A DNA stretch of 64,000 nt from Schmidtea polychroa (GCA_044892525.1 CM097885.1:14572001-14636000); one strand, 5' to 3'; counted from the first letter of the stretch, positions 26,363 through 40,695 are shown. The notes: generated by a model not told the origin, from the letters alone. Numbers and translations are program-made.

Positions 26363-29300
26363 ATGAATTCTTTAATAGAAAACGTTATGAATGTTCGAGG
26401 AAAAATTCAGGAATTTGGTAAATTTTAATTTATTTATTAATTAATTTATTAATTAATTTAGATAATATTAATGAAGACAATTTAAAATCGAAGATTAAAG
26501 GAAATTTGAAAAGAAAAAGTAAACATAATTTTTTATTAATTGATTTAATTAATTAATAATTTAGGTAATACGAATAAAGAGAAAAATTATGTCAATGTGT
26601 CAATAAATCGAAATGAAAATTTACAATGTAAGTATTGATTACTTTTTTATATAATTTAAAGGAAATTTAATATAATTTTTTATTTAATTAAATGTTAATA
26701 TTTTTAATTTAGTAAATTTTTATTTTTTTTAGTAAATAAAATTTGTAAATTTATGCGTAAACATTTATTAAAATATTTCATTTAAATTATATATATATAT
26801 ATATTTTTTTATTAAATTTTTATTTTATAGGTATACTTTACCCAAATTATTGTTCATCGAAAGAACATGATAATAATTGCCATTCTATAATGGAGAATTA
26901 TTACACGAAAAAATATTATAATAAAACTTTTTTTATATGTCCCATATGTAAGACTAGTGACCCTGTAACATATAGCGTTTTTTATAATAAACATAAACAT
27001 CATTTAGATAGGTTTAATTTTAAAAAAGATAGTGTTTTTAAAAGACCATCAACTATAGAAAAAAATAATACAAATAAAAAAATTAAATTAGATACTTCTT
27101 CTTTTGAATCCCAGGTCGGATTAGAGGTTGAATCCCAGGCTGGATTGTCTTTTGTTGAATCCAATGATGGATTGGTTGTTGAATCCCAGGACGGATTATC
27201 TTTTGTTGAATCCCAGGTCGGATTGCCTTTTGTTGAATCCCAGGTCGGATTATTCAATTCCTTTGATTCTTGGGATGGATTAAATATAATACAAATAGGG
27301 GGTAATGTTCCCATAATACAAAAAGATCTAAGGGGTACCCATCAAATATTAAGTTTAAATACTAGCGACTTAAATATAAAGGAAATAATATTTCCTGAAC
27401 AATTAATTATAAAATTACGAGATATTATTAACGAATTAGGCTCCGTCAAAATTCAATTCGGAATAACAATCGAATTTGAAAAAGATGGGGAAATAAAGGT
27501 TAATAATATTTCGAATTACGCAAAACCTTTAACTGCCTCATTTTTTGACGAAGGCATTAGGGAACTAAACGAGAAAATAAGTAATATCACAGAGTTAGGA
27601 AGTAGCTGGATCATAAAAAAAATAACAGAAATTCACTTCACCATAACAAAGATAAGTAGGCTAAGTAGATTAAGTGGTAGGAGTTTCATTGAACTACCTA
27701 CTTGTCTAAAAAATAAATATTGTTTAATTAATGTAAAAAACACCGATGATTCATGTTTTTTATATAGCATTTTAGCTATTTTAAAATATGATGAAGTTAT
27801 TAAACAATATAGAAATAGAACATCCAGTTATAATTTATCTGAGTTAATATATAATCCATTGGACTTACCCATGAAATTAAAAGATATTAGAAAATTCGAG
27901 GCCAAAAATCCTGGTTTAATAATTAATGTTTTTTCTTATGACAATAACAAACAATTAATAGATAATTACGTTTTAAAACACCCCCATTTAGACATTATAC
28001 ATCGTTCCAAAGTTTTAAATGGAACAGTAATTAATTTACTATTATTAAATAAAGGGAACAATTTCCATTACATTGCTATAAGCAATTTAAATAGGTTACT
28101 GAATTGCCACATAAACACTAGTTGTCCTACACGCATACGTTCATTATGGTGCCATCGGTGTTTGAATGGGTTTAATAATAGAAACGCACTAGAAAAACAT
28201 GAAATATTATGCAAACGCAATCAATTAGGAACAACTCTTTATACTTTCCCTCAAAATAAATTCTTACAGTTTACTGACTGGTCGAAAACAGTAACTCCTC
28301 CTTTCGTAGTTTATGCCGATTTTGAGGCTATTTTACCTTGTGATAATGATCATTTTCAGCGACACATGCCAATATCTGCTGGTCTTTTACTAGTAAATAA
28401 CTTTGACGGATCTAAATCCTATCAACAGTTTATAGGTTTAGATTGCGTCGAGAGTTTTTTAAGTGCTATAGAGGATATAGCATTAAATAAGGTTCTTCCT
28501 TTTTATTATAAAATGGGTAGGAAACCAATGATTAAATTAACTAAAATTGAGCAACAACAATTCATTAATTCAACGGTTTGTTATCTTTGTTTGAAATCTA
28601 TCGTGGATCCTGTTAGAGATCACGATCATTTTACGGGCAAATACTTGGGTGCAGCTTGTAGCACATGTAACGTAAATAGAAAAATAAATAAAATTTTGCC
28701 TATCGTATTTCACAACTTGAAGGGATACGATATGCATCATATACTTAAATATGGATTAAATAAATTTAAAAATTGGAATTTAGGGTGCATCCCAATAACT
28801 ACGGAAAAATTTATATCTTTGATTGCTCATTTAGGCAAAATTAGCATAAGATTCATTGATTCATATCAATTTGTCAATGATTCTTTGGCTAAAGCAGTCA
28901 AAACTTTGAATTCTTTGCCTTTTACTAATTCTGCTTTTTCTGGCACCATAGTAAGTGAAAAAGGAATCTTCCCTTATAATTTCGCCACTTCTTTAGATGT
29001 TCTACAAACTACGTATGAATTACCACCAATCTGGGAGGGTGTCACTGAGCTTGAGTATGAAAAAGCTCAGGAGATTTGGGTAGAATCTAATTGCAGAACT
29101 TTATTAGATTATATGATGATCTACCTAAAACTTGATTGTTTTCTTTTGGCTGATTTCTTTCATCAGTTTAGGTTGAAATCAATTGCTCACAATAGATTAG
29201 AGCCTTTGAATTATTTCGGAATTCCAGGCATGTCTTGGTCTTCTGCATTAATATCTTTAAATGAACCAATTGAACTCATAACTGAAAACGAAATGTTTAG

Positions 29301-30781
29301 CTTTTATGAGGGTGGAATAAGAGGCGGTCTTACTTTTGTGAATAAGCATTACGTAAAAACCGACGAGAACACCGAGTTACTTTATATAGATATTAATAAT
29401 CTTTATGGGTGGGCTTTAAGTCAATCATTACCTTGTGGCGAATTTTGTTGGGTTCTTGATGGATTTGATAAAATAATGGATGAATGTAGGAATTTAAATC
29501 TTGAATCTTTGTCTTATGGATACACACTTGAAGTTGATCTTGTAATTCCTTCTGAGCTTCATGATAAGTTGGATGATTTCCCTGTAGCTGCTGAAAAAAT
29601 GAAACCTGCTCGGTCTAAGGTTGAAAAATTATTATTAACTCATCTTCCAAAATCTAATTATGTTATTCATTGGAGATTATAAAAATTATATTTGGAACTT
29701 GGTGTTAAAGTAACACGTGTAAATAGGGGTGTAAGATTTAAGCAATCACCAATTTTTAAAAAATATATAGATACAAATACCGAATTAAGATCAAAAAGCG
29801 TAAATAACTTAGATAAAAATTATTATAAATTGCTAAATAACAGTTTATACGGCAAAACAGTTGAAAATTTAAAGAGAAGAATGAATCTTCGTCTTTGTAC
29901 AACTGCCGGTAAATTAGTTAAATATTCGTCAAAACCGACTTTTAAAAAATCTATTAAAATAGTAGATAATTTAATTGCAACATTATTGAATTCAGATTCT
30001 ATATGTTTAGATAGACCGAGTTACATTGGTCAATCTGTACTTGATCTATCTAAACTTAGAATGTATGAATTGCAATATAAGGATCTGGAATCATTTCGCA
30101 ATGAGTTTAATTGTAAAATTAATATCGTTGCTGGTGATACAGATTCTTTTTTCCTCGAAGTCATTAACTGCAAACTTGAGGTTCTTTTACCTGCAATGAT
30201 TCGAGATAATTTATTGGATACTTCCAATTACAATAGTTGTCATTCCTTATATAGCAAGAACCTTGATTCAGTCATTGGAAAGTTCAAAGACGAGAATAAA
30301 GGTCTTAAATATAAGGAGTGGGTTTTTCTTAGACCTAAATGTTATAGCTTGTTGGGTGATGATGAAACAAAAAAGGCAAAAAGGTGTAACATTGAAAGGT
30401 AGTGACATAAAACATCAGTCATACCTCGATTGTTATAACACTAACCAGATTTTTTCGGTTCCTCAGACTAAAATAACAAGCAAAAATCATCAAATTTTTA
30501 CAATTAAAAACACAAAAATAGCACTAACTAACAAAGATGACAAAAGGGTTTGGGTGGGGAAAAATACTAGTCTTGCATATGGGCATGTAAGATTAAGTGA
30601 ATTAAATATTGGAGAAAATGTTGGAGAAATTTTTGCAGAAAATGTTTCAGAAAATGTTGGAGAAAATGATGGAGAAGATGAGGAAGAAAATGATGGAGAA
30701 AATGATGGAGAAGATGAGGAAGAATTTAATGAAGAAGATGACATCGATATCGATGACGTTATTTTGTCCGATGAGGACTAA
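26363..30781 (+). pseudogene. pPolB, right-arm copy, with a private nonsense mutation
   Basis: Matches the left copy except TTA>TAA at 29680-29682 and two visible missense changes (IADN>IVDN, EIVAE>EIFAE). Predicted exons 26363-26417, 26462-26518, 26565-26627 and from 26831. AATAAA at 30790 follows the stop at 30781. Confidence 0.9.
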
Positions 30782-30968
30782 TTTTATTGAATAAATTTTA
30801 TATCTTTACATTTGTTATTTGGTAAATTTTTATGTTTGTTATGTGTCTAGTTCATTTTTATGTGTTTAGTTAATGTTTATATGTTTTGTTATGTGTCTAG
30901 TTATTTTTATGTGTTTAGTTAATTTTTTATGTGTTGTATAGTATTTGGTTGATATATTATTAATATTA

Positions 30969-31006
<38 letters not shown>

Positions 31007-32292
31007 TCATAAAAATTTTCATTAAAAATTATCTTAAAAATTATTCTATTAAAATTTCCATTAAAAATTACCATTGAAAATTATTCATAAAAATTTCTAT
31101 TAAAAATTACTTAAAAAATAATTCATTAAAATTTCCATTAAAAAATTTCAATTCTCAAACACCTTCTATTTTTGTTAATAAATTTAAAAATCTTACTTTA
31201 ATTTACTTATTACATTACTTTAATTTACTTATTTAAAAAATATTACTTTAATTTACTTATTTAACTTTAATTTAAATTTTTTTTACCATTGATTATTTAA
31301 TTTTAAAATTTGAACCTTAATTAACTTTAATTTAATTTTTAGAACCTTAATTTACTTTAATTTTAAAATTTTTGACCATTATTTACTGTAATTTAATTTT
31401 TTAGAACCATTATTTACTTTAATTTACTTTAATTTAAAAATTTGGATCATAATTTACTTTAATTTAAATTTTTGGACTGTAATTCAAAAATTTTGACCAT
31501 AATTTACTTTAATTTAATTTTTAAGAACCATAATTTACTTTAATTTTAAAATTTGGACCATAATTTACTGTAATTTAATTTTTTAGAACCATTATTTACT
31601 TTAATTGAAAAATCTTAGCCCATAATTTACTTATTTAGACCATAATTTACTTTATTTCAAAAATAAATCTGAACCTTGATTTACTTAAATTTTTAGACCC
31701 ATCATTTACTGTAATTTAATTTTTTAGGACCATAATTTGCTTTATTTTAAAAATTTACTATGCGTTTTTTAATGTAAACCACCTTTTCTATTGAAATTCT
31801 CATGACCAAGAAGATCCCCTCACTATAGTGTGAAAAATCCATGCTTTTTTATTGAAGACTACCTTTTTCTATTGAAATTCTCAGGACCAAGGAGACCCAC
31901 CCAAATAATATTTATCCTTGGCTTGTTTATTGAAAAAAAAAAAAAAAAAAAAAAAATTTTGTATTTAAAATCCCAGAAAACATTGGGCATTACAGCAACA
32001 ATTATGTAATCAAAAAATGTCTACGGAAAAAGTTATGCAATCAAAAGTTTGCAACATTTTTACCCCCCCCCCCCCCCCCTATTGTTCCCGTAGGCCACTA
32101 ACTACCTACTTATTATTTTGAATTTATTTAGTCTTAGTAATTTATTTGATGATAGAATAATTGATTGTTATAGCTTTTAACACAATAAATGGAGAAATGG
32201 GAGAAAACACCAAAGGATAGTGGAGGTGATTCACACGGAAAGCCAAGGTAGCAAGCCAAATACTGCACATAACTAGCCATAATAATAATAAC

Positions 32293-32326
<34 letters not shown>

Positions 32327-32743
32327 GTAATAAAAAAAAAACACACACATAGATTTTTTAAAGAAAGTTATATGTATTTGATAAAATTTCATATATTTAC
32401 ACACACACACACAATAATTCTCTACCCCATAGCACACACACACACACAATAATTCTCTACCCCATAGCACACACACATAGATTTTTATAAATTTTAAAGA
32501 AATTTAATAAAATTTCATATTTTTACACACATAATAATTCTCTACTTAATACAACACACACAGAAAACATATATTTTTTTTAAAATTTAAAGAAATTTAC
32601 ATGTATTTGATAAAATTCCATTATTATTACCTTTGTTTGATATGTATATTATAAGGTTTAAAATTATTTGGACCTTGAACCCTTCGAGGGTATGACCTTT
32701 GAAGGTGTGGCCATCATACTCACCTGTGTATTAGCTTTTGAAT

Positions 32744-33447
<704 letters not shown>

Positions 33448-33549
33448 CGAAGGAATGTGACCCTTTGAAAGTTATTGACCCATCATTTTATTGTTTTATA
33501 GATGTGTTGATTTTCCTTTAAATTATTTGATATATATTTTATTAATTAA

Positions 33550-33703
<154 letters not shown>

Positions 33704-33889
33704 TAAAACAATAAAATGATAATTTAAGCGTTTTGCTGCAAATAATGTATTTAATGAAAGAATTTTCGAATATAAGATAGTCCTTGTCAATCATCATTTT
33801 ATATTATTATTATTATTTTACTATTATTATTTTTATTATTATTCACATTATAAATACATGTCACGTGTAATTTAACAAAGAGAATGTGA

Positions 33890-35300
33890 GTAACAAAAAC
33901 TTTCGGCTTACAATTGATTGAATATTGTAATAAAAATTTATAACTAAAATTAAACAAAATTCAGTCATACTTTTTAATAATATGACTACCCAAAAAGTTA
34001 AATTTGATTAAATTGAAATTGCTATATAGCGGAAAAATTTATGCTTCAATAGAGAAAATATTTAGAAACATTCATCTTTAATGATAGATGAATGATAGTG
34101 TTGGGCTAGAATGAATTTAAATTTTTTTTGTTTTAATCATACAATGAAGTGTCAACCAGAAAACCTACATAGCAAGCATAAAGCAAAAGTTAACTAAAAT
34201 AATATAAAACAGGGGTGCCCATAAGGTCGATCGCGATCTACCGGTAGATCGCGAAGGATTGTTTAGTAGATCTTCATAAAAAAAATATTTTTTATATAAA
34301 TTTAGATTTTATATAAAATTTCTGTTTTATGCTTAAATTTTTTGCCAATTTTCATGTTCTGTGTTCCATTTCTATGGTAATACTAAATAACATTTTTTAA
34401 TTTTGATTTCACCATTTCCAAAATGTTATTTAGTTTAATTTAGTTTAATTTAATTTTGTTTATTTAGTTTAAATATTATGTAAGTATTAAAAAAGTAGAT
34501 CGCATACACATTTTGGATGTGAATGTAGCTCTCCTAGAAAAATTAGTGGGCACCTCTGATATAAAACATTAATTAAAAAAACAAATAAGGAGTAAAATTA
34601 CTATAAAAAAATAATAAAAATCAGAAAAAGTAAGAAGTAACAAGCAATACACAAATTGGAAATATAGAAAACCAAGATCAGTAAGGGGGGGAACAAGAGT
34701 TACAAGCAATCAAGATCAAGAAAATAAAAAAAAACTTTAAAAAAGAAATCAAAGAATTTATAAGCATATCAAAAAAGAACCAATCAAATAACGAGAATTA
34801 ATATTTAAAATAGAATTAAAAACTTTAAGAAATGATAGATGAATGATAGATTACTGATAGATTAATGATAGATGAATGATAGTGTTGGGCTAGAATGAAT
34901 TTAAATTTTTTTTTGTTTTAATCATACAATGAAGTGTCAACCAGAAAACCTACATAGCAAGCATAAAGCAAATGTTAACTAAAATAATATAAAACATTAA
35001 TTAAAAAAAGACAAATAAGGAGTAAAATTACTATAAAAAAATTAATAAAAATCAGAAAAAGTAAGAAGTAACAAGCAATACACAAATTGGAAAAATAGAA
35101 AACCAAGATCAGTAAGGGGGGGGGGAACAAGAGTTACAAGCAATCAAGATCAAGAAAATAAAAAAAACTTTAAAAAAGAAATCAAAAAATTTATAAGCAT
35201 ATCAAAAAAGAACCAATCAAATAACGAGAATTAATATTTAAAATAGAATTAAAAACTTTAAGAAATTAGCACACCTGCTCGATAATGATTGGTTAATAGC
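33890..35300 (+). repeat. Copy of the 15174-15800 repeat with an internal tandem duplication of about 450 bp
   Basis: 34080-34830 (interrupted by a MITE) and 34865-35260 repeat each other and match 15360-15780. Confidence 0.85.
34210..34558. mobile_element. hAT-type MITE (349 bp)
   Basis: TIR CAGGGGTGCCCA/TGGGCACCTCTG with 8-bp TSD ATATAAAA. The empty site is visible in the tandem copy at about 34985. Confidence 0.92.
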
Positions 35301-35880
35301 GGTAAGAAAAAACTTTAATAAGTTCACCTTCAGGAGACACTTCATTGTAATTTTTTACTTTCGATATGTAAGAATTATCTTAGAATAAATTTGCGGATTG
35401 TCATTTTTGTTGAGTTTTTACTTGTAAGTCGGTCCTGTCTCTGACTCCTCCTGTTCTTAATTTACCAAATCAATGAAAACTCAACACAGAATAAATTTAT
35501 TTGATTTTTATCACAATTACAATCTGTCACTGTTTGCACCTTTCTCTCAATTCAAATTTATTTTATGAGATAAAAACCCAAGGGGCAATTACCTTTTCTT
35601 GTACTATTCTGGCTTCTTTATAATTCACAAATTTCCCCGTTCAATATTGATTTTTAATTTTTATTAAATTTTAATTAATTTTGTACTTATATTGATTTTA
35701 CCAATTTTTGTTCTGCTTTCTGGTACCATGAGAAATTTATTTTGTTTTTGCTCTAACCCCAACATTTTTTTCTTTTGATAGATAGGTAGCCAAGCTTCAG
35801 CATCCAGTTTTATTTGATATTCATATACAGCTTTGTTTGAGAATCAATCCGATTTAATTTTCATTGGAATCTACAGTAAC

Positions 35881-36327
35881 CAAGGCCGTTACAAAGCATT
35901 ATTGCGCCCTGTGCGTTTCATATATCTTGCGCCCCCAACACGCGAATTCAAAACAATCTACTATAATCATTATAATGTTCACGTTAAGATTGTTGGCTAT
36001 GTATTCATCTCCAGCTATTATATAATATGTAGTAATGCTCTTAAAATTCTTTTGCTAATTGAAAAAATGACAAGAACCCATTTTGTGGACTAACATTTTA
36101 TAAAATACATACCTACGAAGGCATGTTAATGGACCAGTCCAACCAGTAATGTTAAAGATAGGCTAGTTAGAATGTCGTTTTTTTCCATTCATGTCATTTA
36201 TTATTTTTTATTTATATTTTTTCATTTTTTAATGACATTAAAAAATGGGTACATCCAAAACTTGCGCTCCTTTCAGATGTGCGCCCTGTGCAATTGCACC
36301 GCTCACACCGCCCGTGTTACGGCCCTG
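35881..36327. mobile_element. hAT-type MITE (447 bp)
   Basis: TIR CAAGGCCGTTAC/GTTACGGCCCTG with 8-bp TSD ACAGTAAC. Confidence 0.88.
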
Positions 36328-37204
36328 ACAGTAACCTCTGTAATTTTTAATTTTTATCTTTGTATGAGATGTTATTTATATGTATGGTTAACATTTCATA
36401 AAATTTTAAGTTCATGAATTTAGATTGTTTCTTTTTCCAAGCACCAAATATTAATAACTCTGATTAATGATTTATTCATATATGATTATTTTTATTTGAA
36501 GTGTTTTGGGGCGACAAACGTCCAGATGTGTAGAGAGACCTCCTGTCATTTTACAGACGAGGATATTTGCAGTGGCGATTGCATTAATAAATCGGACGAA
36601 ATCACCCAACTAATAACTAATTCTAATACTTAGTATTCGATCTTAATCATATAAGTTTTACGACGGAATCACCGACACTAACCCATCTTCTGGAAATGTT
36701 CATTTTATTCGATATATTACTTTCAATTAGGTTTAATAATGTAGCTCCAATGAAACATCGTCACGACTACCTCTGTGGACCACTTCAATCATTGTTGGTA
36801 TTTTTTCAAGGGGTAAGCCTAACGTAATTAATGGATGCATTTATGAGTAATCATAACATATTACGTTAAATTAGATAATTTATAGTTACAGGCATATTTT
36901 AAATAAAGGTAAAGATTTAAAGTCTTAATTTTAGACATGGTATGGTCATCATCTAGCCAGATTTATGTTTTCCCGTTTCTGTGGGCCCATATCCCCTACT
37001 AAAAAGTTTAATAATACGCAGTGTAATAATAATAAAGTAATTTTTAATAGTATACGCAGTAATGGTACGCAATAATAATGATAATATTAATAATAATAAT
37101 ATAATAAAATCAAGCAATATAATGATATATATAAAAATAATATTTTTAATAGCTGACAAATAGAAAAAATGGAATAAATAACGCGAACAAAATCATTATC
37201 ATTG

Positions 37205-38400
37205 ACCAAATATTTCAAGAATCCTAGAGGTGCAACTGTTATTGGTTTTCTTGTACGACAAGCATATTCGAATAATCGTAACTTTCTGATCAGTGTATTT
37301 CAAGATGCTTCAAATTACCGCATGGATATATATTTCTTGATTTTACCCAACAATGTCCTGATGATTTATGGGTAAAAACTGATATTTTCAACAAAGAAAG
37401 GGTTTATAAACAAGATTAAAAACAGGCTTGAGTAATAATGTTTTTCAAAGCGACTTAGAAATCATAAGAAAACTTAGAAAAGGTATTAGAAAGAGTATTA
37501 AAATCAAAGTTCCACCCAAAACTAGTTATACTCCATCTAAAATACTTGTTACTAAATATTTCCCGGTAATGATACTTATTTCAAAAAATCCTAAACCTAA
37601 GAAGAATAATAATAAAAAGAAACAGGCCAAAGTTATTAAAAATAATCAGAGTTTCCCGTTTTATAATGCATTGTTAAGGGCCCGAACATGAAAAGAATGA
37701 ATATTTTACATTCATTTTCAAATTTTGTTGTCCATAAATTACTCGATATTATACTCAATATAGTCAAAGGCAGGACAAATCAGTAAATCCAAAAAATCAT
37801 TTTTTGAATAGACACAGGAAATTTTTGTTATCGTTAGTATATAATAAAAATCGTAACTAAATGATAAAAATTATATATAAACAATAAAGCGGATTTATTC
37901 GTACATTGTTACCATTAACATTATCATTATTAATAGGAGTAATAGGAAATCAAACATAAACAATGGACGCTTATCCTTCATTACCCGAGATTAAATTTAA
38001 ATTTTCTTGTTGTAATGAAGAAAATTTGGACGAACCCCGAAGACGAAGCAGATTTTGGTGGAGTGACAATGTTAAATAATTGAGTTCCGAATTCAAAAAC
38101 AGAAACTCAGTGGTTATCAGAAACACCTGCCTACAGTTTGAAAAAGTCAATGCGGAAAAGATTTCAAACAAGAGCTTATAAAAAATTAGGTATATTCAAT
38201 TAATGGCATATTGATTTGATGAAGATGAAACTGTATTCGAAAATTAACAAGTGTTATAAATATATTTTAAAATGTATTGATGTTTTCAGTCACTTTACCC
38301 GTGCAATTCCAGTCAAGGCAAAATCTGTAGATGAAATGCCTAAAGCAATTAATAATTTATTTAAATATGGACATCCAAAAAACTTATAAACTTTTTTAGG
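37205..38400 (+). pseudogene. Heavily decayed Polinton fragment (ATPase C-terminus, basic/QGG protein, integrase N-terminus)
   Basis: Colinear homology to 53940-55160 (tttcaagaatcctagag, caatgtcctgatgattta, KVPPKTSYTPSK, gcaattccagtcaaggcaaaatctg), with many stops. Confidence 0.88.
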
Positions 38401-38418
38401 TATTATTATTATTATTTA

Positions 38419-38481
<63 letters not shown>

Positions 38482-39490
38482 TACTTTGATCAAAGTCACT
38501 TGAAAAAGGCAATGCCAAAAATTCGTGAATATCAAAAAACATCGATATCTTTACTGACTCATTGTCAAGTTTTTAATAAATAAAATAAATATTAAAATTA
38601 ATTAATTTCATTTAAACAAATAATTTAAAAAAATCAATTCATTAAAACAAAATTTTAAAAGCCAAACATCCCATGGATCATAATTCTTCTTATAAACTGA
38701 TAATTCCATTTAATTTTGCTGACATAATCAGTCACTATCTCAACTGATAACTTTAAATATATTATATGAAATTATATGAAAATATATAAAATAAAACCCT
38801 ATCCAAACTCAACAATTGCATTAAAACAAAATACCAAATGTCTCAGACTTTTACCTACAGAATGCTTTAGTATTTTCTGAATTATTAGATTTATAATTAT
38901 TTATTTTTCATTTTTATATTTTTACATATTTTTAATTTAAAATTTTCTTATTTTACTAAAAATTAATTTTTTCTTTTGAAATAATTTAATATCATTTGTC
39001 TATATTTACATCAATTTTTCTAATTAACTTTTCATTTTGTTATTTTCATTGTAGACTTGATCCGTTTTAAAATTTACTTTAGTTTCCTTTGTTTTATTCT
39101 TTATCTGCTATTTGACTTTGCATAATTTGGTGTTGATGCAATAAATTTAATTTAATTTGTTCAATTTGATTCAATGTACTGGTGCCTGAAAATGTAGTTT
39201 TGTCTTATTAAAATGAACTATAATTTCCCCAGTTTTGCCCAACACTATTGTGTCTTTAAAATCTTTTATTTTTAAATAGTTGAGAACCATTTTGATTACA
39301 CAAAAATTAAATTTAAATTAAATTACTTTATTTTCCAATAAAAAATACGAATTAAAATTCAAAATTTAAAACTAATAATAATAAATCTTAAATTATTATC
39401 ATTTTATTATCATTAGGATTTTTTATTAGGTTTTTGTTTAAATTCATATTTATTTTTAATTTAGTTTTAATAAAAAATTCAAATATAGTG

Positions 39491-40009
39491 ATGAACAGAT
39501 CAAAATCTTTTTTCGAAATCTTCCAATGTTCCAGGCGGTGGAGATTCTAATTTTTTAATGGTTGGTCCCAATTATAGAGTAGGTAAAAAAATTGGTTGTG
39601 GAAATTTTGGTGAACTTCGATTAGGTATTATAATAAATATAATCACTTTTAAAATGTTTCCTTATTTTCATACTGTTTCAGGGAAAAATTTATATACGAA
39701 CGAACATGTTGCTATAAAATTAGAACCCATGAAAACCAGAGCACCCCAATTACATTTAGAATACAGATTTTATAGAATGCTCAATTCTAACAGTTACTAT
39801 TTCATTTATTATATTATGGTTGTGATTAATAATTTTAACAATTTTTAGGTAATCCAATAACAGGTTTTCCAAAAGTCTTTTACTTTGGACCATGCGGTCG
39901 ATACAATGCCTTAGTTTTAGAATTACTGGGTCCGTCTTTGGAAGATTTGTTTGATCATTGCAATAGGCAATTCTCGTTAAAAACAGTATTGATGTTAGCC
40001 ATTCAATTA
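39491..40009 (+). CDS. CSNK1G: Casein kinase 1 gamma (gilgamesh-like), first three coding exons; the remainder is not seen in the window
   Basis: [53 protein letters not shown]...|[30 protein letters not shown]...[15 protein letters not shown] introns at 39625-39681 and 39793-39848, with a donor GTGAGT at 40010. Confidence 0.93.
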
Positions 40010-40641
40010 GTGAGTTCTTTTTAATTATTTAAATTTAAAAACTAATATTATTCAATTTTGTTTAAATTGGAAATAATTTATTTGATAAAAATTAAATAGC
40101 TCAGTTTGTGAATTAATTATATTTATTAAATATACATGTTATAAATTATTATCTGAATTCTTAATAGTTAATATTCATTTTGCATTTATATTCGACATGA
40201 ATGTTTAATCAGTTCCACAAGACCACAGCAAGATTGGTGGTCAATCTAAACGCTAATTCGCCTGTCATTATTGCGAACTCGTTTTTCATTAGTTGTTTAC
40301 AAGGCCATTTAATTTCATTGGACAAATTGGTAGCTCTATCAGTGTGCTATATTCCAATGATTTACAGTTGCTAAATTAATCATTTTTAATTTATATTTGA
40401 TTTCTATTAATTAGAAGCATGCATTTCATGTTAGTTGGAATTATTGAGAAATTTGCTTGCTTAGTAAGGATTTGTGAGCCATTTCTATTCTTTTTCGCTG
40501 GTAGGCAAGCCACTAAATATAATTGAAACTAATAATAATAATTACAAAATTATCACAATAAAAATAATAAAAAGTCGGATTGATAATAAATTGAAAAACA
40601 ATAAATGTAAAATTATAAAAATATTGATAACAAGAAATAAT

Positions 40642-40695
<54 letters not shown>

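Larger units (their letters stand above)
16190..32110. mobile_element. Polinton/Maverick-like element A: giant palindrome carrying only pPolB
   Basis: Ends are AGTAGGTAGTTAGTGGCC...GGCCACTAACTACCTACT. TATTAT flanks both ends (16184-16189 and 32111-32116). The inverted arms 16190-22393 and 25971-32110 each encode a protein-primed PolB. Confidence 0.93.
25971..32110. repeat. Right inverted arm of element A (6.1 kb)
   Basis: Reverse complement of 16190-22393. It is 64 bp shorter, with the length difference confined to the distal non-coding part. Confidence 0.95.

Noticed and set aside
27000..27314. Antisense and alternative-frame ORFs over pPolB (104 aa, 84 aa, 65 aa, 61 aa and mirrors)
   Set aside because: Shadow frames of repetitive coding sequence.
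16190..32110. Palindrome as a pure fold-back sequencing artefact
   Set aside because: Matching 6-bp TSDs, different flanks, a structured 3.6-kb spacer and arm-specific mutations argue against it, though read-level confirmation is still needed.
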